From Candidatus Fervidifonticultor sextus (lineage in GTDB: Bacteria > Sysuimicrobiota > Sysuimicrobiia > Sysuimicrobiales > Humicultoraceae): DNA of 64,000 bases. Where the stretch lies: positions 1 to 64,000 of the forward strand of contig JAVKHQ010000015.1 of the NCBI GenBank assembly GCA_031459875.1, written 5' to 3'. The notes below the pieces were generated by a model. It worked only from the letters and a program-made list of their open reading frames with translations. It was not told the DNA's origin and made no database searches. Within the stretch, counting starts at the first letter, position 1. Each line of letters begins with the position of its first letter. Position numbers and translations under genes: made by a program. Of the stretch, positions 1 through 11,578 are shown one piece after another.

Positions 1-1
1 C

Positions 2-319
2 GTCCTCTGCGAGCGGGGCATCCGCGGGTTCAACAACCACACCAGGTACACGCTGGACCTGTCGGCGGTGCCGGTGCTGAAGCGGCTCACCCACCTGCCG
101 GTGATCGTGGACCCCAGCCACGGCACCGGGAAGTGGCGCTATGTGGCGTCCATGGCGCGGGCGGCGGTGGCGGCGGGCGCGGACGGGTTGATGATCGAGG
201 TCCATCCCGATCCGGCCAATGCGCTCTCCGACGGGCCACAGTCCCTCACGCTGGAGAACTTCACCACCCTAATGGCGTCCCTGCGGCCGGTTGCCGCGGC
301 GGTCGGGCGGCTGATGTGA
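2..319 (+). CDS. aroF: 3-deoxy-7-phosphoheptulonate (DAHP) synthase, class I-beta, 5'-partial
   Basis: Frame open from the window edge: [52 protein letters not shown]. Confidence 0.93.
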   Translation, partial: VLCERGIRGFNNHTRYTLDLSAVPVLKRLTHLPVIVDPSHGTGKWRYVASMARAAVAAGADGLMIEVHPDPANALSDGPQSLTLENFTTLMASLRPVAAAVGRLM

Positions 320-1173
320 ACGTGGCGCCGGAAGCCTCCCCCGGCTTTCCCAGGGTCGCGACCGTGATCGGCCTCGGGCTGATCGGCGGTTCGCTGGCAC
401 TGCGGCTGCGGGAGGTCGGTGTTCGGGTCCTGGGCGTGGATATCGATCCGGAGGCGCTGGCGCTGGCCAGGCGGCGCGGGGCGATCGAGGCCGGCGGCAC
501 CGATCTCGACCCGGTGGCCGCCGCCGACCTGGTGATCGTGGCGACGCCCCTGGAGGAGGTCGCGCAGGTGGGAATCGCCGCGGCCCGCCGGATGCGGGTC
601 GGGGCCGTGCTCACCGACACCGGGAGCGTGAAGGCCCCGGTCGTCGCGGCGATCCACGCCGCGCTGACCCCCGGGGTGCGGTTCGTCGGCGGGCATCCCA
701 TGGCCGGCAACGAGCAGCACGGGATGGCCGCGGCTGATCCGGCCCTGCTGGACGGGAGGCCCTATGTGCTGACCCCGACAGCGCGCACCGCCCCCGAGGC
801 GGTGACGGCGATGCAGGAGGTCGTTGCGCGCCTGGGGATGCGCCCGGTCGTGCTGGATCCGATCCAGCACGACGAACTGGTGGCGCAGGCCAGCCACCTG
901 CCGTACCTGGTCAGCCTGGCGCTGCTGCGCGCGGTTGCCGACGATGCCCGGACCGTGGGAGGGCCGGCGCTGGCCGACATGACCCGCATCGCGCACAGCC
1001 CGGCCGCGATGTGGGCCGAGGTCTGCCGGGCCAACCGCGAGGCGATCCTGCGGGCCCTGACGCGCTACGAAGAGGAACTGCAGCGGCTGCGCCGCGACGT
1101 GGAAGCCGGAACCCTGTCGGGGCCCTCGGCTCCGGAGGCCCGCCGGGCCACCCCGGGGGGAGGGGTGCGGTGA
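316..1173 (+). CDS. tyrA: Prephenate dehydrogenase
   Basis: [11 protein letters not shown]ossmann motif, [27 protein letters not shown] start overlaps aroF stop (GTGA). Confidence 0.9.
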   Translation: MNVAPEASPGFPRVATVIGLGLIGGSLALRLREVGVRVLGVDIDPEALALARRRGAIEAGGTDLDPVAAADLVIVATPLEEVAQVGIAAARRMRVGAVLTDTGSVKAPVVAAIHAALTPGVRFVGGHPMAGNEQHGMAAADPALLDGRPYVLTPTARTAPEAVTAMQEVVARLGMRPVVLDPIQHDELVAQASHLPYLVSLALLRAVADDARTVGGPALADMTRIAHSPAAMWAEVCRANREAILRALTRYEEELQRLRRDVEAGTLSGPSAPEARRATPGGGVR

Positions 1174-2675
1174 GCCGGCTCCCGATCACGCCCACGAAGA
1201 CGGAATTCCTCAGCCGGGCGCGCTCCGGCAACCTCATTCCGGTCACCTGCGACCTCTTCGCCGACCTGGAGACGCCCATTTCGGCGTTCCTGAAACTGCG
1301 CACTAGCAGCGAGGCCTACCTGCTGGAGAGCGTCGAGGGCGGGGAGAAGGTGGGACGGTACTCGTTCATCGGCACCGACCCGGCCATGCGGTTGCGGGCG
1401 TACGGCCGGCAGGTGGACGTCTGGCGGCCGCGCGGCGCGTTTGCCACCGAGGCCGACCCCCTCGAGGTCGCGCGGGACCTGCTGGCCGGGTACCGGCCGG
1501 TTCCCCATCCCGGCCTGCCGCGCTTCTACGGTGGGGCGGTCGGGTACTTCGGCTATGACTGCGTCCGGCTGTGGGAACGACTGCCCAACCGACCGAAGGA
1601 TCCCCTGGGACTGCCGACGTGCTACCTGATCGTCACCGACGCGGTGGTGATCTTCGACCACGTGGCCCACACGATGCGGATCGTGGCGAACGCGGCGGTC
1701 GACGGGAGCGCCGCCGAGGCGTACCGGTTAGCCGTGGAGACCGTCGAGCGCATCTACGAACGGCTGCGTTCACCGCTGGTCCCACCGGAGCCGGGCGGCC
1801 GCGTGGAGCCCGTGATGGATCAGGAGATGCCGGCGGCGGACTTCCTGCGCGCGGTCGAGCGGGCCCGGGAGTACGTGTACGCGGGAGATATCTTCCAGGT
1901 GGTGCTGTCGCGGCGGTTCTCAGCGCGGACGGCGGGCCTGGACGCCCTCGACGTCTACCGGGCGCTGCGCACGGTCAACCCGTCGCCGTACATGTTTTTC
2001 CTGGACTTCGAGGGCGTCAAGATCGCCGGGTCCTCGCCCGAACTGCTGGTGCGCCTCGAGGACGGCGTCGTGGAGACCCGACCGCTGGCCGGGACGCGAC
2101 CCCGCGGGCTCCACGAGGCGGACGACCGCCGGCTCGAGGCGGAATTGCTGGCCGACGAGAAGGAGCGCGCCGAGCACACGATGCTGGTGGACCTGGGCCG
2201 CAACGACCTGGGGCGGGTCTGCCGCTACGGTACGGTCGAGGTGACCGACCTGATGAGCGTGGAGCGGTTCAGCCATGTCATGCACATCGTCAGCAACGTC
2301 CGCGGCGTGCTGAACGGCGGACGCGATGCCTTCGACGTGCTGCGGGCGTGCTTCCCGGCCGGGACAGTGACCGGCGCGCCCAAGGTGCGCGCCATGGAGA
2401 TCATCGACGAACTCGAGCCCGTGGCCCGGGGCCCGTATGCCGGCGCGGTGGGCTACGTGGGGTATTCAGGGAACATGGATACCGCGATTACCATCCGGTC
2501 CATCGTGATGACCAACGACCGGGCCTACGTGCAGGCTGGCGCCGGGATCGTCGCCGACTCGGTTCCCGAGCGCGAGTACCTTGAGACGGTCAGCAAGGCC
2601 AAGGCGCTGGTCCGTGCGCTGGAGATCGTGGGCCGGTCGCGCGAGCCGCTGCTCAAGGCGGGTGGGGCGCGATGA
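1170..2675 (+). CDS. trpE: Anthranilate synthase component I
   Basis: DLETPISAF, LLESVEGGE, NPSPYM, PLAGTRPRG, KERAEHTMLVDLGRND, FPAGTVTGAPKVRAM; GTGA overlap with tyrA. Confidence 0.95.
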   Translation: MSRLPITPTKTEFLSRARSGNLIPVTCDLFADLETPISAFLKLRTSSEAYLLESVEGGEKVGRYSFIGTDPAMRLRAYGRQVDVWRPRGAFATEADPLEVARDLLAGYRPVPHPGLPRFYGGAVGYFGYDCVRLWERLPNRPKDPLGLPTCYLIVTDAVVIFDHVAHTMRIVANAAVDGSAAEAYRLAVETVERIYERLRSPLVPPEPGGRVEPVMDQEMPAADFLRAVERAREYVYAGDIFQVVLSRRFSARTAGLDALDVYRALRTVNPSPYMFFLDFEGVKIAGSSPELLVRLEDGVVETRPLAGTRPRGLHEADDRRLEAELLADEKERAEHTMLVDLGRNDLGRVCRYGTVEVTDLMSVERFSHVMHIVSNVRGVLNGGRDAFDVLRACFPAGTVTGAPKVRAMEIIDELEPVARGPYAGAVGYVGYSGNMDTAITIRSIVMTNDRAYVQAGAGIVADSVPEREYLETVSKAKALVRALEIVGRSREPLLKAGGAR

Positions 2676-3283
2676 TCGCCGTCATCGACAATTACGATTC
2701 CTTCACCTACAACCTGGTCCAGCACCTGGGATCGCTGGGCGCCGACCTGGAGGTCTACCGCAACGATGCCATCACGGTGGACGAGCTGGCCTCGCGGCAG
2801 CCGGAGGCGATCGTGATCTCGCCGGGTCCGTGTACGCCCAAGGAAGCCGGCATCTCGGTGGAGGTGATCCGGCGACTGGGTCCGTCGGTCCCGATCCTGG
2901 GCGTCTGCCTGGGCCACCAGAGTATCGGCGAGGCCTTCGGCGGGCAGGTCGTCCGCGGCCCCGCGCCGGTCCACGGCAAGACCTCCATGATCCACCACGA
3001 CGGCCGGACCATCTACGAAGGGCTGGCGTCTCCGTTCGAGGCCACACGGTACCATTCCCTGATCGTGTCCCGCGACGGGCTGCCCGACGACCTGGAAGTC
3101 TCGGCCTGGCTGGACGACGGACTGATCATGGGGCTGCGGCACCGGAGGTATCCGATCGAGGGCGTCCAGTTCCACCCGGAGTCGGTGCTGACGGCAGTGG
3201 GGAAGGCGATGCTGGCCAGGTTCCTGGCCCGGGCCGCCGCCCACGCCGCGCGCGGGCCACTGGCCCAGGGGGTGGCGCCGTGA
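2672..3283 (+). CDS. trpG: Anthranilate synthase component II (glutamine amidotransferase)
   Basis: IDNYDSFTYNL, SPGP, GVCLGHQ, RYHSL, QFHPES. Confidence 0.95.
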   Translation: MIAVIDNYDSFTYNLVQHLGSLGADLEVYRNDAITVDELASRQPEAIVISPGPCTPKEAGISVEVIRRLGPSVPILGVCLGHQSIGEAFGGQVVRGPAPVHGKTSMIHHDGRTIYEGLASPFEATRYHSLIVSRDGLPDDLEVSAWLDDGLIMGLRHRRYPIEGVQFHPESVLTAVGKAMLARFLARAAAHAARGPLAQGVAP

Positions 3284-4314
3284 TCCGCGAGGCCATCCGG
3301 GCAGTGGTCGACCACCGGTCGCTCTCGGAACAGGACGCCTGGGCGGCGATGGGCGAGATCATGGACGGCCAGGCGACGCCGGCGCAGATCGCGGCATTCA
3401 TCACGGCGCTGCGCATGCGTGGCGAGACCGTCGACGAGATCGCCGGTTTCGCCCGCGCCATGCGCGAGCGGGCGCTGCGGGTCATCCCGCGGGCGGACCG
3501 GCTGATCGACCTGGTCGGGACCGGCGGCGACCGGGTGAGCACGTTCAACGTGTCCACCACCGCGGCCTTCGTGGTGGCCGGGGCCGGCGGGTACGTGGCC
3601 AAGCACGGCAACCGGGCCGTCAGTCGTCAGTCGGGGAGCGCGGACGTGTTGGAGGCGCTGGGCGTCAACATCCAGGTCAGCCCGGCTGTGGTGCAGCGGT
3701 GCATCGAGGACATCGGGATTGGGTTCCTGTTCGCGCCCATCTACCACGCCGCCATGAAGCACGCAGCCGGGCCCCGCAAAGAGATCGGCATCCGCACGGT
3801 CTTCAACATCCTGGGCCCGCTGGCCAACCCTGCGGGAGCGTCCAGCCTGCTGGTCGGGACCTACGACCCGGCGCTGGTGCGGATCATGGCCGAGGTGCTG
3901 GCTGAACTCGGGGTCCGGCGGGCGATGGTCGTCCACGGCGACGGGATGGACGAATTCTCGACGCTGGGCCCCACCCAGATCGCCGAACTGCGGGATGGCC
4001 GCGTGCAGGTGACGATGCTGGACCCCGCGTCGTTGGGCATCGCTTCGCCGGCGCCCGAGGCGGTCGCGGGCGGGACGCCGCAGCACAACGCGGAGGTGGC
4101 GCAATCCGTGCTGCGCGGGGAGATGGGCCCGGCGCGGGACCTGGTGGTGCTGAACGCCGGAGCGGCGCTGGTTGTCGGCGAGTTGGCAGAAGACCTGCGC
4201 GAAGGGACGGCGTTGGCGGCCCGGGCGATCGACTCGGGGGCCGCCTACGAGAAACTCGAGGCGCTGCGGGTGACCACGCGGGCAGCCCAGGCCGGGGGGC
4301 CGGGACGCGGATGA
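3280..4314 (+). CDS. trpD: Anthranilate phosphoribosyltransferase
   Basis: GTGGD..TFNVST, AKHGNRAVS, SGSADVLEALG, GIRTVFNILGPLANP. Confidence 0.95.
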   Translation: MIREAIRAVVDHRSLSEQDAWAAMGEIMDGQATPAQIAAFITALRMRGETVDEIAGFARAMRERALRVIPRADRLIDLVGTGGDRVSTFNVSTTAAFVVAGAGGYVAKHGNRAVSRQSGSADVLEALGVNIQVSPAVVQRCIEDIGIGFLFAPIYHAAMKHAAGPRKEIGIRTVFNILGPLANPAGASSLLVGTYDPALVRIMAEVLAELGVRRAMVVHGDGMDEFSTLGPTQIAELRDGRVQVTMLDPASLGIASPAPEAVAGGTPQHNAEVAQSVLRGEMGPARDLVVLNAGAALVVGELAEDLREGTALAARAIDSGAAYEKLEALRVTTRAAQAGGPGRG

Positions 4315-5123
4315 TGGTGCTCGACGAGATCGTCGCCCACAAGCGGCAGGAGGTGGCCGCCAGCCGGACGGTCGTCCCCCCGGGCGAGATGGAGGCCAGG
4401 GCGCTGGCGGCTCCCCCGCCCCGGGACTTTGCCGCGGCGATTGCCGGGCCACCGGTGCGTCTGATCGCCGAAGTCAAGCGCGCCTCGCCGTCGGCCGGGG
4501 GGATCCGCCGGGACGCCGATCCGGCCGTCTTTGCCCGCCACTACCAGCGGGCCGGTGCGGCGGCCGTGTCGGTGTTGACAGACCGACGGTACTTTTCGGG
4601 CCACACTGACGACCTGCTGGCGGTCCGGCGCGCCGTCAGCCTGCCCGTGCTGCGAAAGGACTTCGTCGTGGATCCGTATCAGGTGTACGAGTCCCGCGCC
4701 CTGGGCGCCGATGCCATCCTGCTGATCGTGGGGACCGTCCCTTCGCGCGACCTGGCCGCCCTGGGCCGGCTCGCCGGCCGCCTGGGGCTGACCCCTGTGT
4801 TCGAGGTCCACACCGAGGCCCAGGTGGATGAAGCGCTGGAGGCGGGTGCCCGCGTGATCGGGATCAACAACCGGGACCTGCAGACGCTGCAGGTGGACCT
4901 CGACACCACGGTGCGCCTGCGCCCCCGCATCCCCCGGGGCCGGGTGGTCGTCAGCGAGAGCGGCATCACGACCCCTGATGACGTCGTGCGGGTGTGCGGC
5001 GCCGGGATCGACGCCGTGCTGGTCGGCACGGCGCTGATGGCGAGTGCGGATCCGGTGGCGCACCTGCAGGCGCTGCGCCTGGCCGCCGAACGGAGCGGAC
5101 AGATGGGAGGACGGCCTCCATGA
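4311..5123 (+). CDS. trpC: Indole-3-glycerol phosphate synthase
   Basis: IAEVKRASPS, VSVLTD, LRKDF, GINNRDL, SESGI. Confidence 0.95.
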   Translation: MMVLDEIVAHKRQEVAASRTVVPPGEMEARALAAPPPRDFAAAIAGPPVRLIAEVKRASPSAGGIRRDADPAVFARHYQRAGAAAVSVLTDRRYFSGHTDDLLAVRRAVSLPVLRKDFVVDPYQVYESRALGADAILLIVGTVPSRDLAALGRLAGRLGLTPVFEVHTEAQVDEALEAGARVIGINNRDLQTLQVDLDTTVRLRPRIPRGRVVVSESGITTPDDVVRVCGAGIDAVLVGTALMASADPVAHLQALRLAAERSGQMGGRPP

Positions 5124-6136
5124 GGAAGGGACGTCTGCTGACCGGCGACCGCCCGACCGGGAAGCTCCACCTGGGGCACTACGTCGGCACCCTCGCCAAC
5201 CGCGTCCGCCTGCAGGACGAGTACGAGTGCTTCTTCCTGCTGGCCGATTACCACATCCTCACGACCCGGCTGGATCACCTGGAGGAGATCGAGGGGAACA
5301 TCCGCGAGGTCGTGCTGGACTACCTCAGCGTGGGGATCGATCCCGAACGTTCCACGATCTTCCTCCAGTCGGCGGTGCCGCAGATCCCTGAACTGGCCCT
5401 GATCTTCTCCATGCTGGTCACGGTGCCGCGGCTGCAGCGGGTGCCCACGCTGAAGGAGCAGATGCGCGACCTGCACATCGCGCAGCCGTCGGCTGGGCTG
5501 CTCAACTACCCGGTGCTCCAGACAGCGGACATCCTGAGCGTGCGCGGCGAGATCGTGCCGGTGGGCAAAGACCAGGCCTCGCACCTGGAACTGGCGCGCG
5601 AGATCGCGCGGCGGTTCAACGAACTGTTCGCGCCGGTCTTCCCCGAGCCCCAGACGCTGATCGGCGAGGTCGGCACCCTGCCGGGGACCGACGGCAAGGC
5701 GAAGATGAGCAAGTCGCTGGGCAACGTGATCTACCTGTCGGACGACCCCGAGGTCGTGACGCAGCGGGTGATGCGGATGTACACCGACCCCAGGCGCATC
5801 CACCCCACCGACCCCGGCACCGTCGAGGGGAATCCGGTGTTTGTCTACCACGATGCGTTCAACGCCGACCGGGCCGAGGTCGCCGACCTCAAGGAACGCT
5901 ACCGGGCCGGCCGCGTCGGCGACGTGGAGGTCAAGAGGCGGCTGGCCGCTGCCCTCAACGCCTTCCTGGAGCCCATCCGCGAGCGCCGCCGGCGGTACGC
6001 CGCGCGCCCCGAGATGGTGGAAGAGATCATCGTGGAAGGCAGCCGCCGCGCCCGGGCGATTGCGGCCGAGACCCTGGAACGGGTCCGGGAGGCTATGAAG
6101 TTGGCCTACTACCGCGGGGTGCGACCGCGCGCGTGA
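5120..6136 (+). CDS. trpS: Tryptophan--tRNA ligase
   Basis: TGDRPTGKLHLGHY (HIGH-like), VPVGKDQ, KMSKS; ATGA overlap with trpC. Confidence 0.95.
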   Translation: MRKGRLLTGDRPTGKLHLGHYVGTLANRVRLQDEYECFFLLADYHILTTRLDHLEEIEGNIREVVLDYLSVGIDPERSTIFLQSAVPQIPELALIFSMLVTVPRLQRVPTLKEQMRDLHIAQPSAGLLNYPVLQTADILSVRGEIVPVGKDQASHLELAREIARRFNELFAPVFPEPQTLIGEVGTLPGTDGKAKMSKSLGNVIYLSDDPEVVTQRVMRMYTDPRRIHPTDPGTVEGNPVFVYHDAFNADRAEVADLKERYRAGRVGDVEVKRRLAAALNAFLEPIRERRRRYAARPEMVEEIIVEGSRRARAIAAETLERVREAMKLAYYRGVRPRA

Positions 6137-6821
6137 CCCGGATCAAGATCTGCGGGATCAGCGACGAGGCGGCGGCCGCCGCCGCCGCCGAGGCGGGCGC
6201 GGATGCCATCGGGCTGATCTTCGCGGCGAGCCGGCGGCAGGTGGACGCGTCCCGGGCCCGGAGGATTGCGGCGGCACTGCCGCCGTTCGTCACGAAGGTC
6301 GGGGTGGTCGTTAACGAGCCGCTGGACCGCCTGCGGGCGCTGGTCGAGGCCGTGCGCCTCGATGCCGTGCAACTCCACGGCGATGAAGGACCGGCGTACT
6401 GCCAGGCCGTGCGGGACGCTGGCGTGACCGTGATCAAGGCGATTCGGGTCGCCGGCCCCCTGGATGCGGCGCGCCTGCGGGCGCTGCCGGTGGCGGCGGT
6501 GCTCCTTGACACCCACCGGCCGGGCGTGCGCGGGGGTACGGGCGAACCCTTCGACTGGCGGTGGGCGGTCCCGGTGGCGTCGGCGATGCCGGTGATCCTG
6601 TCCGGGGGGCTGTCCCCGGAGAACGTGGCGGCGGGGATTGCCGCCGTCCGGCCGTACGGCGTGGACGTGAGTTCGGGCGTGGAGACCGATGGCAGGAAGG
6701 ACCCGGGCAAGATCCGCGCCTTCGTCGCGGCGGTCCGGGCCGCCGACGCCAGGCTGGCGGCCGGCGGCCCGAAGCCGCCCACACCGCCGGTCCAGGATGC
6801 ACCACCCGGAGAGGACTGCAG

Positions 6822-6825
<4 letters not shown>
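6133..6825 (+). CDS. trpF: Phosphoribosylanthranilate isomerase
   Basis: [41 protein letters not shown]. Confidence 0.95.
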
Positions 6826-8011
<1,186 letters not shown>

Positions 8012-8015
<4 letters not shown>

Positions 8016-8824
8016 GCCGGATCGCCGCCACCTTCGCGTCGCTGCGGGCGCAGGGCCGTCGGGCGCTGATTCCCTTTCTGATGGCCGGCGACCCCTCGCT
8101 GGATGCCACGGCGTCGTTCCTGCGCGGCTTCGCCGGGTCCGGCGCCGATCTGCTGGAGATCGGCGTCCCCTTTTCGGATCCGATCGCCGACGGGCCCGTC
8201 AACCAGCGTGCCGCGCAGCGGGCGCTCGCGCACCACGTGAGGCTGGTGGACGTCCTCAACCTGGTCGCCGACCTCCGGCCTCACGTGGCGCAGCCGGTTG
8301 TCCTGCTGTCGTACTACAACCCGATCCTGCAGTTCGGGCTGGAGGCCTTCTGCCGGCGCGCGGCCTCGGCCGGTGTGGACGGTGTGGTGGTTCCCGATCT
8401 GCCGCCCGAGGAGGGCGGTCCCCTGGGGGCGGCCGCCGGTCCACACGGCCTGGATACGATCTTCCTGACCGCGCCCACCAGCACCGACGACCGTCTGGCG
8501 CGCGTGGCGTCGGCCAGTCGGGGGTTTGTCTACTGTGTCTCCCTGACCGGCGTCACAGGGGTGCGGAGCGATCTGGCCGACGATGTCGGGACGCTGGTCG
8601 CGCGCCTGCGGCGGTACACCCCCCTGCCCGTCTGCGTCGGGTTCGGCGTGTCGACCCCGGACCATGCCCGGCAGGTGGCGGCGGTGGCCGACGGGGTCAT
8701 CGTGGGGAGCGCGATCGTCTCCGTCATTGAGCGCGAGGGCGCCGCGGCCGGCCCGGCGCTCGTCGCGTTCGTGCGGAGCCTGCGCGAGGGCACCGACGCC
8801 GCGGTGGGCGCCGCGGCGCCCTGA
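8012..8824 (+). CDS. trpA: Tryptophan synthase alpha chain
   Basis: [43 protein letters not shown]. Confidence 0.96.
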
Positions 8825-8863
8825 GGGGCTGCCGGCCGGCAGAGCGCGTCACGCCACATCCTG

Positions 8864-9361
8864 ATGGGCGTCTTCACTCCGCATCCCCACGCAGGCGGTC
8901 CGACCGCGGTCTACCTCCGCACGCTGTGTTTCGTCTTCTGCCAGGAGGACGTGTTGCTGATCTTCCGGCAGGATGAGTGTGGGGGATTCTGGAATGCCCC
9001 GGGGGGCAAGATCGACCGGGGCGAGGACCCCCTGGAGGCCGCACAGCGCGAACTCCGCGAGGAGGCCGGCATCACCGCGCCCCTGGGCTTTCGCGGGGTG
9101 GCGACGGCTGTCGTGCGTTCGACCGGCGAGCACTGGACGATCTTCCTGTTCTCGGCGGAGGTCGGCGACCGGACGGTGGCGGCTTCAGACGAGGGCCCGC
9201 TCCGGTGGGCATCGCCGGCCGACCTCGGGACACTGCGGGTGTTTCCCGATCTTCCGCTGCTGCTGCCGCAGCTGCGGAGGCCGGACCGGGGAGCCGTGCT
9301 GGCGAAGTTCGTCTACGCCACCCCAGACCCTGCGACGCTGGAGTCGTTTGCGGTTCGGTGA
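8864..9361 (+). CDS. NUDIX hydrolase (MutT-like)
   Basis: Nudix box GGKIDRGEDPLEAAQRELREEAG. Confidence 0.85.
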   Translation: MGVFTPHPHAGGPTAVYLRTLCFVFCQEDVLLIFRQDECGGFWNAPGGKIDRGEDPLEAAQRELREEAGITAPLGFRGVATAVVRSTGEHWTIFLFSAEVGDRTVAASDEGPLRWASPADLGTLRVFPDLPLLLPQLRRPDRGAVLAKFVYATPDPATLESFAVR

Positions 9362-9367
9362 CGTGAG

Positions 9368-9964
9368 ATGGGCATGGAAGAAGAGATCCTGGTGGTCCCC
9401 CGCGCGGACCTGTTCTGGTGCGGGCCGTTCCGCGGTGTGGTCGCCGACGGTCTCGACGAGTACCTCGTCCGCGTCCGCCGGTTTGGGGTCTTCAGGCGAC
9501 GCGGCGATGTGGAACGGGACCCGTCATTGAAACAGATCATCCCCTACCTGGTTGTCCGCCGCGCCGACCGCTATATGCTCTTCCGGCGGACGCAGGTGGG
9601 CCTCGAGGAGCGCCTGCGCGGACGATACTCGATCGGCGTCGGGGGCCACATCAGCCGCGATGACGTGCGGGCCGCCGACGACGCGGTGGCCGCCGGGTTG
9701 CGCCGCGAGCTGGAGGAGGAACTGTCCATCTCGGGCGGGTGGACGGCCCGGTTGGTGGGCGCCCTCAACGACGACGACAACCCGGTGGGCCAGGTCCACT
9801 TCGGTCTGGTGCACGTGGTGGACATCACGTCGGGCGAGGTGACGATCCGCGAGACGGACCGGCTTACCGGACGCCTCGCCACGCCGGCCGAAGTCCGCTC
9901 GGCCTACGGCGAGATGGAGACCTGGTCGCAGCTCGTCCTGGATTCGGGGCTCGTGGCGCCGTGA
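9368..9964 (+). CDS. Predicted NUDIX-family phosphoesterase (YmaB-like)
   Basis: E.DPSLKQIIPY, EERL..YSIGVGGH, RELEEE, NDD.NPVGQVHFG, METWSQ. Confidence 0.8.
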   Translation: MGMEEEILVVPRADLFWCGPFRGVVADGLDEYLVRVRRFGVFRRRGDVERDPSLKQIIPYLVVRRADRYMLFRRTQVGLEERLRGRYSIGVGGHISRDDVRAADDAVAAGLRRELEEELSISGGWTARLVGALNDDDNPVGQVHFGLVHVVDITSGEVTIRETDRLTGRLATPAEVRSAYGEMETWSQLVLDSGLVAP

Positions 9965-10866
9965 GCCGCCGCGTCCCGACCCGCGAAGCCGCTGGCCGCC
10001 CGGCCCCCTTCACGCACGACCGGCGGGTGATCATTCCCGTGGGCCCGCCCTACCGCCTGGACCGGACTCTGACCAGCGGCCAGTGTTTCCGGTGGACGGT
10101 GACGGGCGGGTCGGCATGGGGGGTCGTGGACGGCACGGTGGCCGTGGTCGAGCAGGACGCTCGGGGGCTCGCCGTGGCGTGGAGCGGTCCTCCGGGCGAC
10201 CCGGCGCGGCTTTGGCGGCACCTGGGGGCGGACCAGCCCCTCGAGGCTGTGGAGGCCGTGCTCGCCCGCGATCCCGTGCTGCGGAGGCTGCTCCCACTGA
10301 CCTCGGGGATTGCCCTGATGCGGCAGGACCCCTGGGAGTGCCTGGTCTCGTACGTGATCTCCGCATTCAACAACATCCCGAAGATCCGCCTGACGATCGG
10401 CAGGCTCGCTCGGGCCCTGGGGAGTTCCATCAGGCCGGCCGGCGACGCCTGGACCTTCCCGGGGCCGGACAGGCTGGCCGGTGCCCGTCTGGACGTCCTG
10501 CGCGCGTGCGCGCTCGGCTACCGTGCCCGGTCCGTCCGGGCGCTGGCGCGCCTGGTCGCAGATGGAGAGGTCGATCTCGACGCGATCGGTCGGCTGCCGC
10601 TGACCGAGGCCCGCGCGGCCCTGCTGGAGTTGCCCGGTGTCGGCGAGAAGGTGGCCGACTGCGTGCTGCTGTTTGCCTTTGGATGTACTGAGGCATTCCC
10701 GGTCGACGTCTGGGTGCAGCGGGCCGTGGAGCGGTGGTACTTTGGGGGCAGAGCGAAGACCCCGCGCGCCATCCGCGCGTGGGCGGTGGGACGATTCGGG
10801 CACCTGGCAGGGTACGCCCAGCAGCATCTGTTCGCAGGCGCGCGACTGCACGGGGTCGCGTCCTGA
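9961..10866 (+). CDS. 8-oxoguanine DNA glycosylase (Ogg1/AlkA-like, HhH-GPD)
   Basis: TLTSGQCFRW, QDPWECLVSY, NNIPKI, GYRA, LPGVGEKVADCV, FPVDVW; GTGA overlap. Confidence 0.85.
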   Translation: MSRRVPTREAAGRPAPFTHDRRVIIPVGPPYRLDRTLTSGQCFRWTVTGGSAWGVVDGTVAVVEQDARGLAVAWSGPPGDPARLWRHLGADQPLEAVEAVLARDPVLRRLLPLTSGIALMRQDPWECLVSYVISAFNNIPKIRLTIGRLARALGSSIRPAGDAWTFPGPDRLAGARLDVLRACALGYRARSVRALARLVADGEVDLDAIGRLPLTEARAALLELPGVGEKVADCVLLFAFGCTEAFPVDVWVQRAVERWYFGGRAKTPRAIRAWAVGRFGHLAGYAQQHLFAGARLHGVAS

Positions 10867-10878
10867 CGAACCCAGGGG

Positions 10879-11496
10879 GTGGGGTCGGTGACAAGACGCT
10901 CGATCGTGATGCTTGTGCCGGTGGTGCTGTCGCTGGTTGGCGGGGGGCTGTCCGGGACTGCCCGGGCGGCACCGGCGCCTCCACCCGTGGAAGGTGTCAT
11001 CACCGCGCTGGACGCGGCGTCCATTACGGTTTTTACGCGAACGGGCACATCGCTGAGAGTCCTGATCTCGTCCGACACGAGGATCGTCCGTCGGCAGGCG
11101 GCCCGGTTCGACCAGATCCGTCCCCACGACTTCGTCGGCGTCACCGCGAAGCGGGAACCGGACGGGACGTTGACCGCGGTGAGCATCAACATCTTCCCGC
11201 CCGAGTTCCAGGGCCGGGTGCGCGAAGGCCAGTTCCTCATGGAGTCGGGCAACCTGATGACCAACGCGATGGTCTTCCAGAACGTGCGGCGGATCGAAGG
11301 GCGGACGCTCTACCTGCGGTTTCCCGAGGGCACCGCGGTCATCAACGTGCCCGGGGACGCCGAGATCTTCCGGCTCACCACGATGCGGTTCGGCGAGTTG
11401 CGAAGCGGCATGCGGGTGGTGGTGCGGGGGACCAGCACGCCTGACGGCAGCCTCGCAGCGGGTTCGCTGACGGTGGTGGACGTACCGTCGCGGTAG
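10879..11496 (+). CDS. Exported hypothetical protein (DUF5666-like beta repeats)
   Basis: Signal-peptide-like N-terminus and two repeated units ending DG(T/S)L(T/A)A; start uncertain. Confidence 0.6.
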   Translation: MGSVTRRSIVMLVPVVLSLVGGGLSGTARAAPAPPPVEGVITALDAASITVFTRTGTSLRVLISSDTRIVRRQAARFDQIRPHDFVGVTAKREPDGTLTAVSINIFPPEFQGRVREGQFLMESGNLMTNAMVFQNVRRIEGRTLYLRFPEGTAVINVPGDAEIFRLTTMRFGELRSGMRVVVRGTSTPDGSLAAGSLTVVDVPSR

Positions 11497-11578
11497 GGGA
11501 GGGCACTCGGCCCCCCGCTGTTGAGGGATTTCTGGCGAGCGCTATCGGAAACGCCAGCTTGGGCAGCCGCACCCACCG

